Assembly (NCBI GenBank): GCA_963559365.1 | Contig: CAUWKC010000004.1 | Coordinates: 8,431-72,430, forward strand | DNA length: 64,000 nucleotides | Direction: 5' to 3' | From: an uncultured Clostridia bacterium | GTDB lineage: Bacteria; Bacillota; Clostridia; TANB77; CAG-508 | Shown: one piece after another, positions 30,371 to 39,874 of the stretch | How positions within the stretch are numbered: position 1 is the first letter of the stretch | Layout of the letters: every line of letters begins with the position of its first letter | Program-made: the position numbers and the translations under genes | The notes under the pieces: generated by a model | The model's input: the letters and a program-made list of their open reading frames with translations, nothing else | Database searches by the model: none | What the model was told of the DNA's origin: nothing

Positions 30371-31084
30371 ATGGAATTTAACAAAGAAAATATGCCAAAA
30401 CATATTGCAATAATTATGGATGGTAATAGAAGATGGGCAAAAGCAAAAGGAATGCCAGTTAGTTATGGACACAAAGAAGGAGCTAAAACACTTGAAAAAA
30501 TAGTTCGTTATGCCAATAAGATTGGTTTAGCCCATATTACAGTATATGCTTTTTCAACAGAAAATTGGAAAAGAGCAGAAGAAGAAGTAAAAGCATTAAT
30601 GATGTTACTTCAAAATTATTTAGACGATTATGCCAAAAGAGCAGACACAGAAAACATAAAAGTCAAAATATTAGGAGATATTTCTGCTTTATCACCTAAC
30701 ATGCAAAAAAGCATAAAAAAATGCATGGAAAGAACAAAAGATAATACAGGAGTAACTTTCAATATTGCATTGAACTATGGAGGAAGAGACGAATTAATCA
30801 AAGCGATTCAACAAATAGCAAGCCAAGCAAAAGATGGTAAAATTCAAATTGAAGATATAACAGAAGATAAAATTTCTGAATATTTATATACAAAAGGCCA
30901 ACCAGACCCAGACTTATTAATTAGAACTAGTGGGGAACAACGTTTAAGCAATTTTTTACCATGGCAATTAGTATATACGGAATTTTTATTTATTGATAAG
31001 AATTGGCCAGAGTTTGAAGAAGAAGATTTAGATAAAGCCATAATAGAATATCAAAAAAGAACTAGAAAATTTGGAGCAAATTAG
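30371..31084 (+). CDS. uppS: undecaprenyl diphosphate synthase
   Basis: PKHIAIIMDGNRRWAK and RTSGEQRLSNFLPWQ. ATG 30371 follows GGAGGGA. Confidence 0.9.
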   Translation: MEFNKENMPKHIAIIMDGNRRWAKAKGMPVSYGHKEGAKTLEKIVRYANKIGLAHITVYAFSTENWKRAEEEVKALMMLLQNYLDDYAKRADTENIKVKILGDISALSPNMQKSIKKCMERTKDNTGVTFNIALNYGGRDELIKAIQQIASQAKDGKIQIEDITEDKISEYLYTKGQPDPDLLIRTSGEQRLSNFLPWQLVYTEFLFIDKNWPEFEEEDLDKAIIEYQKRTRKFGAN

Positions 31085-31093
31085 GAGAATAAT

Positions 31094-31897
31094 ATGGATA
31101 TACAAAGAATCACATCTGGACTATTGGGATTTCCATTAGTATTAATAATTTTATTATTAGGGCATAAAATAGTAGTAGACATAGCATTAGCTATAATTGC
31201 TTTATTAGCGATGAACGAATATTTTAATGCCATAAAAAAAGTAGCAAAACCAGTAAAATGGTTAGGATATTTAAGTTGTTTAAGTATAGCGCTAATACAT
31301 GTTGTGCCAGAAGAATATTTAAATATGATAGTTACACTATCTGTACCAACTATTTTATTAATTTTGTTTTCACAAGTAATAGCAACTGATATGAAAACAA
31401 ACTTTAAAGATATAGCTTATACATTTTTAGGTATTTTTTATGTAGTATTTTTCATTATGTTTGTCGCATTTATTGATGGAATGCCAAATGGAAAAATATT
31501 AATTTGGTATGCTATTTTTGCAGCTTGGGGAACTGATATCTGTGCTTATGTAGTGGGAAAATGTTTTGGAAAACATAAATTTAGCAAAGTAAGTCCTAAA
31601 AAATCAATTGAAGGTTGTATTGGAGGAGTTATAGGAGCGGTTTTATTAATGTTAGCTTATACTTATGTAGCAAATCAATTTTGGGGAATGAACTATTCTT
31701 ATTTGTTTATTGGAGGAGTAGGAGTAGTATTAAGTTTAATTGGTCAAATTGGAGACTTTGCAGCATCTACAATAAAACGATTTGTAGATATAAAAGATTA
31801 TAGTAATTTAATACCAGGGCATGGAGGTATGTTAGATAGAATTGATAGTCTTATCTTTTTAGCACCTTTTGCCTATGCATTATTTACATTATTATAA
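31094..31897 (+). CDS. cdsA: phosphatidate cytidylyltransferase
   Basis: Polytopic; SPKKSIEG..GG...... and PGHGGMLDRIDS. Confidence 0.9.
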   Translation: MDIQRITSGLLGFPLVLIILLLGHKIVVDIALAIIALLAMNEYFNAIKKVAKPVKWLGYLSCLSIALIHVVPEEYLNMIVTLSVPTILLILFSQVIATDMKTNFKDIAYTFLGIFYVVFFIMFVAFIDGMPNGKILIWYAIFAAWGTDICAYVVGKCFGKHKFSKVSPKKSIEGCIGGVIGAVLLMLAYTYVANQFWGMNYSYLFIGGVGVVLSLIGQIGDFAASTIKRFVDIKDYSNLIPGHGGMLDRIDSLIFLAPFAYALFTLL

Positions 31898-31912
31898 ACA
31901 AGGAGGACGACA

Positions 31913-33163
31913 TTGTTACCATTTATTATATCAGCCATAAAAATTATTGTATTATTAGGTGTCCTAATTACCATTCATGAATTAGGACATTTTATGATTG
32001 CTAAATTATGCAAAGTAAAAGTAAATGAATTTGCCATAGGTTTTGGACCCGCTATTTGGCAAAAGCAAGGTAAAGAAACTAAATACACATTAAGGCTAAT
32101 TCCTTTAGGAGGATATAATGCTATGGAAGGAGAAGACGAAGTTTCAGAACATGAAAGAGCCTTTTCCAAAGCTAGTATTCCAAAACGAATTGCGATTGTA
32201 TTAGCAGGAGCTGTAGTAAATATTTTATTTGCTATTATTATTTATTTTATAGTAATATCAACATCAGGAACTTACTTATCTAATCAAATAGAAAATGTAT
32301 TAGATGGATATGCGGCACAAACAGTAGGATTGCAAGCAGGGGATAAAATTTTAGAAGCCAATGGCACAACAATAAAAAGTAAAAAGGACATAGATAAATT
32401 ATTAGAAGAATCAAAAGGAAAAGAAATAAAAGCTAAGATTGAAAGAAATGGGCAAGTGCAAGAATTTTCAATTGTACCAAGTGAAATAAAATCCAAAGTA
32501 ACAGGAATTTATTTAGATGAAAAATGCAAAATCATAGCAGTAGAAAAGGGAAGTAGTTCAGAAAAACAAGGGATACAAGCTAATGATAAATTATTAAAAG
32601 TAAATGGAACAGAAATCAATGGAGATAGAAACATAGCTTTACAAGAAATTAGTAAAGAAGATGTGAACATTATGACATTAACAGTACAAAGAGGAAATGA
32701 CGAAATTACAATAGAATTAGAACCAGATTATGCATACCATTATTATTTAGGAGTAACAATGCAACCAGCAGAGGACACATTTATTAATCGTTGTATTTAT
32801 GGTGGAATGCAAACACAAGAGTTTTTATTATCTATAATAGATAATTTAAAACAATTATTTACAGGAAATGTAGGAATAGATCAAATGATGGGTCCAGTTG
32901 GTATATCAGAAGTAGTAGCTAAAACCAATGGAGTTAGAGAATTTTTTGAGATGATGGCATTAATTTCATTATCATTAGGTGTAACAAATTTATTACCAAT
33001 TCCTGCTTTAGATGGAGGGAAAATTTTAATTTTATTGATTGAAGCTATTCGAAGAAAACCAATGAAACCAGAAACAGAGATTAATATTCAATTATTGGGC
33101 TTTTCAATTTTAATTGCTTTATCGATTTATGTGACATATCATGATATTTTAAGAATATTTTAA
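31913..33163 (+). CDS. rseP: RIP zinc metalloprotease RseP/RasP (site-2 protease with PDZ)
   Basis: HELGHF, PDZ-like repeats and NLLPIPALDGG. TTG start 6 nt after AAGGAGG. Confidence 0.9.
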   Translation: MLPFIISAIKIIVLLGVLITIHELGHFMIAKLCKVKVNEFAIGFGPAIWQKQGKETKYTLRLIPLGGYNAMEGEDEVSEHERAFSKASIPKRIAIVLAGAVVNILFAIIIYFIVISTSGTYLSNQIENVLDGYAAQTVGLQAGDKILEANGTTIKSKKDIDKLLEESKGKEIKAKIERNGQVQEFSIVPSEIKSKVTGIYLDEKCKIIAVEKGSSSEKQGIQANDKLLKVNGTEINGDRNIALQEISKEDVNIMTLTVQRGNDEITIELEPDYAYHYYLGVTMQPAEDTFINRCIYGGMQTQEFLLSIIDNLKQLFTGNVGIDQMMGPVGISEVVAKTNGVREFFEMMALISLSLGVTNLLPIPALDGGKILILLIEAIRRKPMKPETEINIQLLGFSILIALSIYVTYHDILRIF

Positions 33164-33170
33164 AAGAACT

Positions 33171-33211
33171 AGTGAGACTAGGGGGACAGTTTAAAACTGT
33201 CTCACTTTTTT
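33171..33211 (+). terminator. terminator after rseP; dispersed hairpin-repeat copy
   Basis: AGTGAGAC-TAGGGGGACAGTTTAAAACT-GTCTCACT followed by TTTTTT. Confidence 0.75.
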
Positions 33212-33245
33212 GTTGTTTTTTGTCGAATATGAGAATTTCCTATAA

Positions 33246-33301
33246 ATCGACATACTTCTACATAAAAAGTGAGACAAATTGAGACTGTCCCTACTGTATC
33301 A
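33246..33301 (+). repeat. copy of dispersed intergenic repeat, inverted relative to 33171-33211
   Basis: ATCGACATACTTCTACATAAAAAGTGAGACAAATTGAGACTGTCCCTACTGTATCA. Confidence 0.7.
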
Positions 33302-33328
33302 AAAAATTAAAAAAAAGGCAAAAAACAT

Positions 33329-33357
33329 TTGACAAATACATTCTTTTAATAGATAAT
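33329..33357 (+). promoter_or_regulatory. sigma-A promoter of glgP
   Basis: TTGACA at 33329-33334, 17 nt, GATAAT at 33352-33357. Confidence 0.5.
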
Positions 33358-33414
33358 ATAACTAGAAAAAATACCAAAAGAAAAAACAATGAAAAAAACA
33401 AAGGAGGATAAAAA

Positions 33415-35982
33415 ATGTATATATTTAATAGAATTACAGTTAATCCACAATTACCAAAAAGAATTGAGAAATTAGCAGAAATTGCTAATAATTTATGGTG
33501 GTCATGGAATACGGAATATTTAAGATTATTTCAAAAAATAGATATAGATTTATGGGAACAATGCAGTAAAAACCCAGTAAAATTTTTAAAACAAGTATCA
33601 CAAGAAAGATTAGAAAAAGCTTCAAAAGATATACTTTTTTTAAAGGAATATGACAAAATTGCAGAAAACTTTGATAGTTATATGAATAGTAAAAACACAT
33701 GGTTTTCAAACAAATATCCAGAAAACAAACATGACTTAATTGCTTATTTTTCAGCAGAATATGGATTAGACCAAACTATACCAATATATTCAGGAGGGCT
33801 TGGAATTTTATCTGGTGATCATCTAAAATCAGCAAGTGATTTAGGAATTCCTTTAGTAGCTGTAGGGCTATTATATAAACACGGATATTTCCGTCAAAAA
33901 ATTAATGGATATGGACAACAAGAAACAGAATATAATGGAATTGATTTATATGATATGCCAATACATCCAGTAAAAGACGAAAAGGGAGAAGACTTAACCA
34001 TTTTTGTCAAATTTCCAAAAAGAAGATTATATTTAAAAGTTTGGCAAATAAATGTAGGAAGAGTAAAATTATATCTACTAGATTCTGATATTGAAAAAAA
34101 TAACCAAGAAGATAGAGATGTAACATTAAAATTATATGGCGGAGACCAAGAAATGAGAATCCGTCAAGAAATAGTATTAGGACAAGCAGGAGTAGAATTA
34201 TTAACAAAATATTTAAAATTAAATCCAACAATATATCATATGAATGAAGGACATTCTGCTTTCTTAAACTTAGAAATTATAAAAAACATTATCAAAGAAA
34301 AACAAGTATCTTTTGAAGTTGCTAAAGATATTGCTAGTTCAAAAACAGTATTTACAACACATACACCAGTACCAGCGGGAAATGATATTTTCCCAATTGC
34401 ACTTGTAGAAAAATATTTTAAGGATTTTTGGCCAAGGTTAGGACTTTCAAGAGAAGAATTCTTAAAATTAGGAATGAAACCAGGAATAGACTTAGATGAA
34501 GGATTCAATATGGGAATTTTAGCTTTAAAAATAGCTGGCAAGAAGAATGGGGTTAGCAAATTACATGGAGCAGTATCGAGAGAATTATTTGGAGATGTGT
34601 GGCCAAACATAGCAGCAAACGAATCTCCAATTGAATATGTAACAAATGGAATCCATACTTGTTCATGGTTAGCACCAAAAATGAAAGAATTATACAATAA
34701 ATACTTAATGCCATATTGGCAAGACAATATGTATCAAGATAAAGTATGGGAAAAAATAAAAAATATTCCGGATGAAAAACTATGGGAAGTACATATAGAA
34801 AGAAAAATTAAATTAATTAAATTAGTAAAAGATAGTACAATGGAACGATTAAGACGTTCTGGTTATAGTTATGATGAAATAACAGAAATTGTTTCAAAAT
34901 TAAATCCAGAAGCACTAACAATAGGATTTGCAAGAAGATTTGCAACATATAAAAGAGCAACTTTAATATTTAAGGATTTAGAAAGAATTACACAAATTTT
35001 AAATAATGTAGATAGACCAGTTCAAATTATATTTGCAGGAAAAGCACATCCAGCAGACAAAGAAGGACAAGACCTAATAAAATATATCCATGAAATATCT
35101 ATGATGCCACAATTCAAAGGAAAGATTTTCATTCTAGAAAATTATAATATTGCTATGTCAAGATATTTAATAAGTGGAGTTGACGTTTGGCTAAATAATC
35201 CAAGAAGACCAATGGAAGCTTCAGGAACAAGTGGTCAAAAGGCTTCTGTTAATGGTGTAATTAACTTTAGTGTTTTAGATGGATGGTGGGCAGAAGGATA
35301 TACACAAGATAATGGATGGACAATTGGAACAAATGCAGAATATGATTCTTATGAAGCACAAGATATGGCAGATAGCCAAAGTATGTATCGTACATTAGAA
35401 GAAAAGATTATACCAACTTATTATCAAAAAGATAAAAATGGTTTATCTAAAAAATGGTTATCTATAATGAAAAATTCTATTATAACAACAGGTGGAAAAT
35501 ATAGTACGGCTAGAATGTTAGTAGATTATACAAATAAACTTTACATACCACTTTGTAATTTAACCAAAAAATATTATCAAGATGTTGATAATGTAGCAGC
35601 TTATAATTCTTGGAAAAAAGATTTATTTATGAATTGGAAAGATATTAAAATTACACAAGTAAATAATTTAGATAATATTACAATGGATGCAGGAAATAAT
35701 ATAGAAGTAGCTTGTGAGGTAGAATTGCCAAACATAAATGTAGAAAATGTAACAGTTGAAGCATATTATGGAAAAATTCTTGAAAATGGAATTGTGGAAA
35801 ATGTCAGCATAATTCCAATGAAATTAGAAGACCAAGATGAAGAAAATAAAAAATATTATTTTACGGCAAAAATAGAGTTAACAACAGGGGGAAATTATGG
35901 TTATACTTTTAGAGTAATGCCAAGACATGAAATGTTGCTAGAACCAGCTAATTTGGATTTAGTGAAATGGATAACAAAATAA
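33415..35982 (+). CDS. glgP: alpha-glucan (maltodextrin/glycogen) phosphorylase, GT35
   Basis: 855 aa; YFSAEYG, SGGLGILSGDHLKSASDLG, FARRFATYKR and EASGTSGQKA (PLP Lys region). Confidence 0.85.
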   Translation: MYIFNRITVNPQLPKRIEKLAEIANNLWWSWNTEYLRLFQKIDIDLWEQCSKNPVKFLKQVSQERLEKASKDILFLKEYDKIAENFDSYMNSKNTWFSNKYPENKHDLIAYFSAEYGLDQTIPIYSGGLGILSGDHLKSASDLGIPLVAVGLLYKHGYFRQKINGYGQQETEYNGIDLYDMPIHPVKDEKGEDLTIFVKFPKRRLYLKVWQINVGRVKLYLLDSDIEKNNQEDRDVTLKLYGGDQEMRIRQEIVLGQAGVELLTKYLKLNPTIYHMNEGHSAFLNLEIIKNIIKEKQVSFEVAKDIASSKTVFTTHTPVPAGNDIFPIALVEKYFKDFWPRLGLSREEFLKLGMKPGIDLDEGFNMGILALKIAGKKNGVSKLHGAVSRELFGDVWPNIAANESPIEYVTNGIHTCSWLAPKMKELYNKYLMPYWQDNMYQDKVWEKIKNIPDEKLWEVHIERKIKLIKLVKDSTMERLRRSGYSYDEITEIVSKLNPEALTIGFARRFATYKRATLIFKDLERITQILNNVDRPVQIIFAGKAHPADKEGQDLIKYIHEISMMPQFKGKIFILENYNIAMSRYLISGVDVWLNNPRRPMEASGTSGQKASVNGVINFSVLDGWWAEGYTQDNGWTIGTNAEYDSYEAQDMADSQSMYRTLEEKIIPTYYQKDKNGLSKKWLSIMKNSIITTGGKYSTARMLVDYTNKLYIPLCNLTKKYYQDVDNVAAYNSWKKDLFMNWKDIKITQVNNLDNITMDAGNNIEVACEVELPNINVENVTVEAYYGKILENGIVENVSIIPMKLEDQDEENKKYYFTAKIELTTGGNYGYTFRVMPRHEMLLEPANLDLVKWITK

Positions 35983-35995
35983 ACACCAATAAAAG

Positions 35996-36027
35996 AAGAA
36001 ACCTTTTACGAGAAAAGGTTTCTTTTT
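35996..36027. terminator. bidirectional terminator
   Basis: AAGAAACCTTTT-acgag-AAAAGGTTTCTT followed by TTT. Confidence 0.75.
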
Positions 36028-36033
36028 ACCTAA

Positions 36034-36107
<74 letters not shown>

Positions 36108-36116
36108 ATTTTTGAA

Positions 36117-36471
36117 TGGTGGAGATGAGGAGAATCGAACTCCTGTCCATACTACTTTCCAAATAGACTTCTACAAGTTTAGTTTATCTTTTTTATTCAT
36201 TTTATTTTCACCGATAAACAGGTTAAAATAAAATATAGCTTTTATAATACCCTTTACTTTCAAAGCAAAAGTAAATTCGTTTCCCACATATTATGGCACT
36301 TTTCTAAAATTTGTGGGGAATTTTAGAAAAGCGTAGCCGCATCTTAGGCAGCTAATGCTAATTCTTGTTTATCAGCGTTTATATTTAAATTCTCGTTTTT
36401 TTAAGTGGCCAACGAGAATCCACTACTTGCTATCTATTTTTCTGGTAATATGTCGAAACCATTACATCCCC
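36117..36471 (-). ncRNA. ssrA: tmRNA (SsrA)
   Basis: 5' GGGGATGTAATGGTTTCGAC and 3' GGAGTTCGATTCTCCTCATCTCCACCA. Tag reading frame is GCT GAT AAA CAA GAA TTA GCA TTA GCT GCC TAA (36344-36376), giving ADKQELALAA. Confidence 0.9.
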
Positions 36472-36571
36472 ATATACTTATTTATTATACTATATTTTTT
36501 TTTATTAATCAACATTTATGACTTTTTAAATTTTTATTGCTTTATATCATAAAAAAAGATATAATATAATT

Positions 36572-37444
36572 ATGAAAAAATTAATTGTACCTAATAAATA
36601 TAATGGAAAAAAATTGAATAAAATTATTTTTGATGAATTTCCGAACTTAAATACTAATCTTTTTTACAAAACATTAAGAAAAAAAGATATAAAAGTAAAT
36701 GGAAAAAGAATTTCTGAAAATATTACAGTTTATGAAAAAGATGAAATCTTAATATATATTGCTGATTCTATTTTATCTTCATCTTTTAATTTAGACATTT
36801 TTTTTGAAGATGAAAATATTTTGATATTGAATAAACCTTATCAGCTTGAAGTAACTGGTAAAAATAGTTTGACTTTTTTTGTTCATCAGAAATATGCGAA
36901 TACTAATTATAAACCAATGCCATGTCATCGTATTGATCGTAATACAACTGGTTTGGTTTTATTTGCCAAAAATGAAAAGACTTTAAACATTTTATTGGAC
37001 AAATTTAAAAAACATGAAATTGAAAAACATTATTTAGCTTTAGTTTATGGTATTCCTAATACTAGTTATAAAAGATGTGAAGCCTATTTATTTAAAGATA
37101 CTAAAAAATCTTGTGTTTATATTTCTGACACTTTAAAAAAAGGTTATCAAAAAATTATTACTACTTATAATGTTTTAAAAACTTATGATAATAACACTTC
37201 TCTTTTAGATGTTGAAATTGAAACTGGTAAAACTCATCAAATTCGCGCTCATCTTGCTCATTTGGGATATCCTATTATTGGTGATGGAAAATATGGAATT
37301 AATACAGTTAATAAAAAGTTTGGTAAAAAGTATCAAATGCTTTGTAGCTATGTTTTAAAATTCAATTTCAAAACAGATAGTGGTATCTTAAATTATTTAA
37401 ATGGAAAAAGCTTTACTTTAGATAGTAAAACTTTTATCCATTAA
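36572..37444 (+). CDS. RluA-family pseudouridine synthase with S4-like N-terminus
   Basis: HRIDRNTTGLVLFAK catalytic Asp motif and GKTHQIRAHLAHLGYPIIGD. Confidence 0.85.
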   Translation: MKKLIVPNKYNGKKLNKIIFDEFPNLNTNLFYKTLRKKDIKVNGKRISENITVYEKDEILIYIADSILSSSFNLDIFFEDENILILNKPYQLEVTGKNSLTFFVHQKYANTNYKPMPCHRIDRNTTGLVLFAKNEKTLNILLDKFKKHEIEKHYLALVYGIPNTSYKRCEAYLFKDTKKSCVYISDTLKKGYQKIITTYNVLKTYDNNTSLLDVEIETGKTHQIRAHLAHLGYPIIGDGKYGINTVNKKFGKKYQMLCSYVLKFNFKTDSGILNYLNGKSFTLDSKTFIH

Positions 37445-37453
37445 AATATAAGA

Positions 37454-38584
37454 TTATTGAAATTTTGTTATATCGTCAACTCTTCCTGCAAAATATGGCT
37501 TTGATTTTCCTTTTTCTCTTAAAAATATTGCAAAAGTATCATCAACATAAAAATATCTTGGCTCATCTTTTTCAGTTTCTGGTTTAAGTGAAACAATGTC
37601 TATTTTGGTATCTATGGCAGCTTCACTTTTAATTTCTCCACCTTTTTCATCTAAAGAAAATTTTATAGTTTGGATTGCTTTTTGTATTTCTGCAGTATCA
37701 TATTTTGGATCTGCTGTTTTAAATTCGTTGTTTGCTAATTCTGTATATTCTTTTTCTTGATTAAAAGTTAAATTTGGAGCTTTAAATTCATCTAAATATT
37801 CAAAAGATCTACTTCCTGTATATTTATCAGATTCATTATTCATATTTTCATATATTTCATTGAAACATTTTCCTTTAGGATTCTTACAAAATATTACCTC
37901 ATCATTAGTTGTGGTATTTATTAATAGTGCAAAGTCATTTTTTGAATTATAATATAGAACTTGAATTTGATTTCCTACTGATGCTTCGGTTTCATCATCT
38001 ATTCCAAAATATTCTACATCTTTGTATTTATTTCCGAATTTGTCATTATCTAATTTATCAAATTCTTTTAAAAATTCAAATTTTCTATATAACATTGTAT
38101 AAAAAAAGTATCTTCTAGAATCACTATTATTAGGATTATCTAATCCGTTTTCAGACCAATCAATTTTATTTAATATATCACTTGTTTGGTTAAATTTTTT
38201 CTTTATTTCACTTTCTATTGTTTCTTTTAATTTTAGATTTTTTATTCCATAAATTTTGAAATAGTAGTCTTCTGAAAGCATGGATTCATTAAAATCTTCT
38301 TTATTTAAATTTTTTACCATATCTAATTGTGGATTAAATACTATATCTTGTTTTACGACTTCGTTTTTCATGTCATTCCATATTAATTGAAATGTTCCAC
38401 ACCAACTGCTATCTTCTGTTATTGTATCATTCATTGTAGGTACAACTGTCATTTCTTTAACTGATTGTAATTTTGTTGTTGCAGTATTGCTAAATAAATT
38501 TGCTTTATTTAGCAGAATAATTCCAATTGTAAATATTGTTAATAAAATTATAAATACTATTAATATTTTCACTTTTTTGTCCAT
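37454..38584 (-). CDS. membrane-anchored serpin-like protein (divergent)
   Basis: N-terminal TM. C-terminus FYVDDTFAIFLREKGKSKPYFAGRVDDI matches the serpin signature F.VD.PF...I.E.....ILF.GRV. Hinge-like DEKGGEIKSEAAIDT lies upstream. Confidence 0.5.
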   Translation of the reverse strand: MDKKVKILIVFIILLTIFTIGIILLNKANLFSNTATTKLQSVKEMTVVPTMNDTITEDSSWCGTFQLIWNDMKNEVVKQDIVFNPQLDMVKNLNKEDFNESMLSEDYYFKIYGIKNLKLKETIESEIKKKFNQTSDILNKIDWSENGLDNPNNSDSRRYFFYTMLYRKFEFLKEFDKLDNDKFGNKYKDVEYFGIDDETEASVGNQIQVLYYNSKNDFALLINTTTNDEVIFCKNPKGKCFNEIYENMNNESDKYTGSRSFEYLDEFKAPNLTFNQEKEYTELANNEFKTADPKYDTAEIQKAIQTIKFSLDEKGGEIKSEAAIDTKIDIVSLKPETEKDEPRYFYVDDTFAIFLREKGKSKPYFAGRVDDITKFQ

Positions 38585-38640
38585 ATATAAATTCTCCTAA
38601 TTTCTATTTGATTATACTTTAACATATATTTTAAAGTTTT

Positions 38641-39106
38641 TCAACTTAAAATTGCACCTAAAATTAATATACCTAAATTATTATTATAAATTTCATCGAA
38701 TTGAGAAATAGGTAAAGGATTTTTTCCAATTCCTGCTTCGATAGTATAACCAGGGCGTTGATAAGTTTGGATAAACCAATCTTTATAACCAGCAAAACTA
38801 GAATTGTAAGGAGTATCAACTAATGAATAACCACTTGAGTTATCAAATTGTTGACCAATTTCAAGAGCATTGGAAGGATTAAAGTTTTGGAATTTCCAAT
38901 ATATTTCTTTGCCTTGTGTATGATAAGCAAGTACAAGTTTAAAATCATGTGATAAAGTGAAATTATAAATGGCTAGTGCTTCAGGCTCTGTTAGTGGACC
39001 GATATCCAACAAAATCTCGTGGAGCTGGACGATTAAATCCTTGTGAATATTTGATTTCTTTGGCATTTTCCCATCCGGCAGGAAATTGTAAGTTTAAGTC
39101 CACACC
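38641..39106 (-). pseudogene. 3' part of M14 gamma-D-glutamyl-(L)-meso-diaminopimelate peptidase gene (YqgT/ENP1-like), split by the island and frameshifted near 39001
   Basis: The minus strand reads GVDLNLQFPAGWENAKEIKYSQGFNRPAPRDFVGY in one frame. It then reads GPLTEPEALAIYNFTLSHDFKLVLAYHTQGKEIYWKF...GYKDWFIQ...PGYTIE in the next frame. Confidence 0.8.
39093..39106. repeat. attL core (TTTAAGTCCACACC)
   Basis: 13/14 identical to 49561-49574. Sits exactly where homology to the peptidase stops. Confidence 0.8.
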
Positions 39107-39242
39107 TGTGGTATTAAAAATATACCAACCACAAAATAAAATGAATAAAATGCAGTAATCATCTATATTACAGAGTATTTCAAATTAGTTGAAGTATTCT
39201 GTATTTTTTATTGGATTTTTACTGCTAGAATTGGAGTGGTAT

Positions 39243-39725
39243 ATGAAAGAAAAAGAAGAGAATGTTGGGTATTATTCAATAATTCCAGCAACAGTTTTAT
39301 ACAATAAAGAACTAAAAGCAAATGAAAAATTACTATATGCAATTATAACATCACTAGCTTGTAAAGAGGGATATTGTTTTGCAACTAATAAATATTTAGC
39401 AGAGAAATTAGGAGTAAATCCTAAAACAATTTCAAGCTGGATTTCTGATTTAAAGGATAAAAATTTTATAGTTGTTGAACTAATTAGAAATGAAAATAAT
39501 CAAATAATTCAAAGAAAAATTTATATAAATGATGCACTATATCCATTAAATAATGGATGCCAGTATCAATCAAAAAATGGACAGGCTATCTATCAAAAAG
39601 TGGAAGATAATAATATAAGAGATAATATTAAAAATAATAATAATTGTCGTAGAAAATTTATATCAAATTATGAAAATCAAAGAGAATATTCTAAAGAATT
39701 TTTGGAAAGTTTGTATGCGAATTAG
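39243..39725 (+). CDS. helix-turn-helix protein (DnaD/replication-initiator-like N-terminal HTH; possible island regulator or Rep)
   Basis: GYYSIIPATVLYNKELKANEKLLYAIITSLA.KEGYCFATNKYLAEKLGVNPKTISSWISDLKDKNFI. ATG 39243 follows GGAGTGG; the track start TTG 39189 is unlikely. Confidence 0.55.
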   Translation: MKEKEENVGYYSIIPATVLYNKELKANEKLLYAIITSLACKEGYCFATNKYLAEKLGVNPKTISSWISDLKDKNFIVVELIRNENNQIIQRKIYINDALYPLNNGCQYQSKNGQAIYQKVEDNNIRDNIKNNNNCRRKFISNYENQREYSKEFLESLYAN

Positions 39726-39826
39726 GATAAAGCATATTTTTGATTATTTATAATCTTAATAATATTTTTTCTAATAAGAAAACAAAATAAAGATTAAAAT
39801 AGCTAAAAAATAAATGCAAAGCAAGT

Positions 39827-39873
39827 AGTTATTAGAAAAAATAGAATAAGTTATTAGAAAAATCATAATAACT
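39827..39873 (+). promoter_or_regulatory. operator-like repeats (2 direct AGTTATTAGAAAAA, 1 inverted TAATAACT)
   Basis: Direct copies at 39827-39840 and 39849-39862 (22-nt phase). The inverted copy at 39866-39873 abuts the -35 box. Confidence 0.45.
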
Positions 39874-39874
39874 A

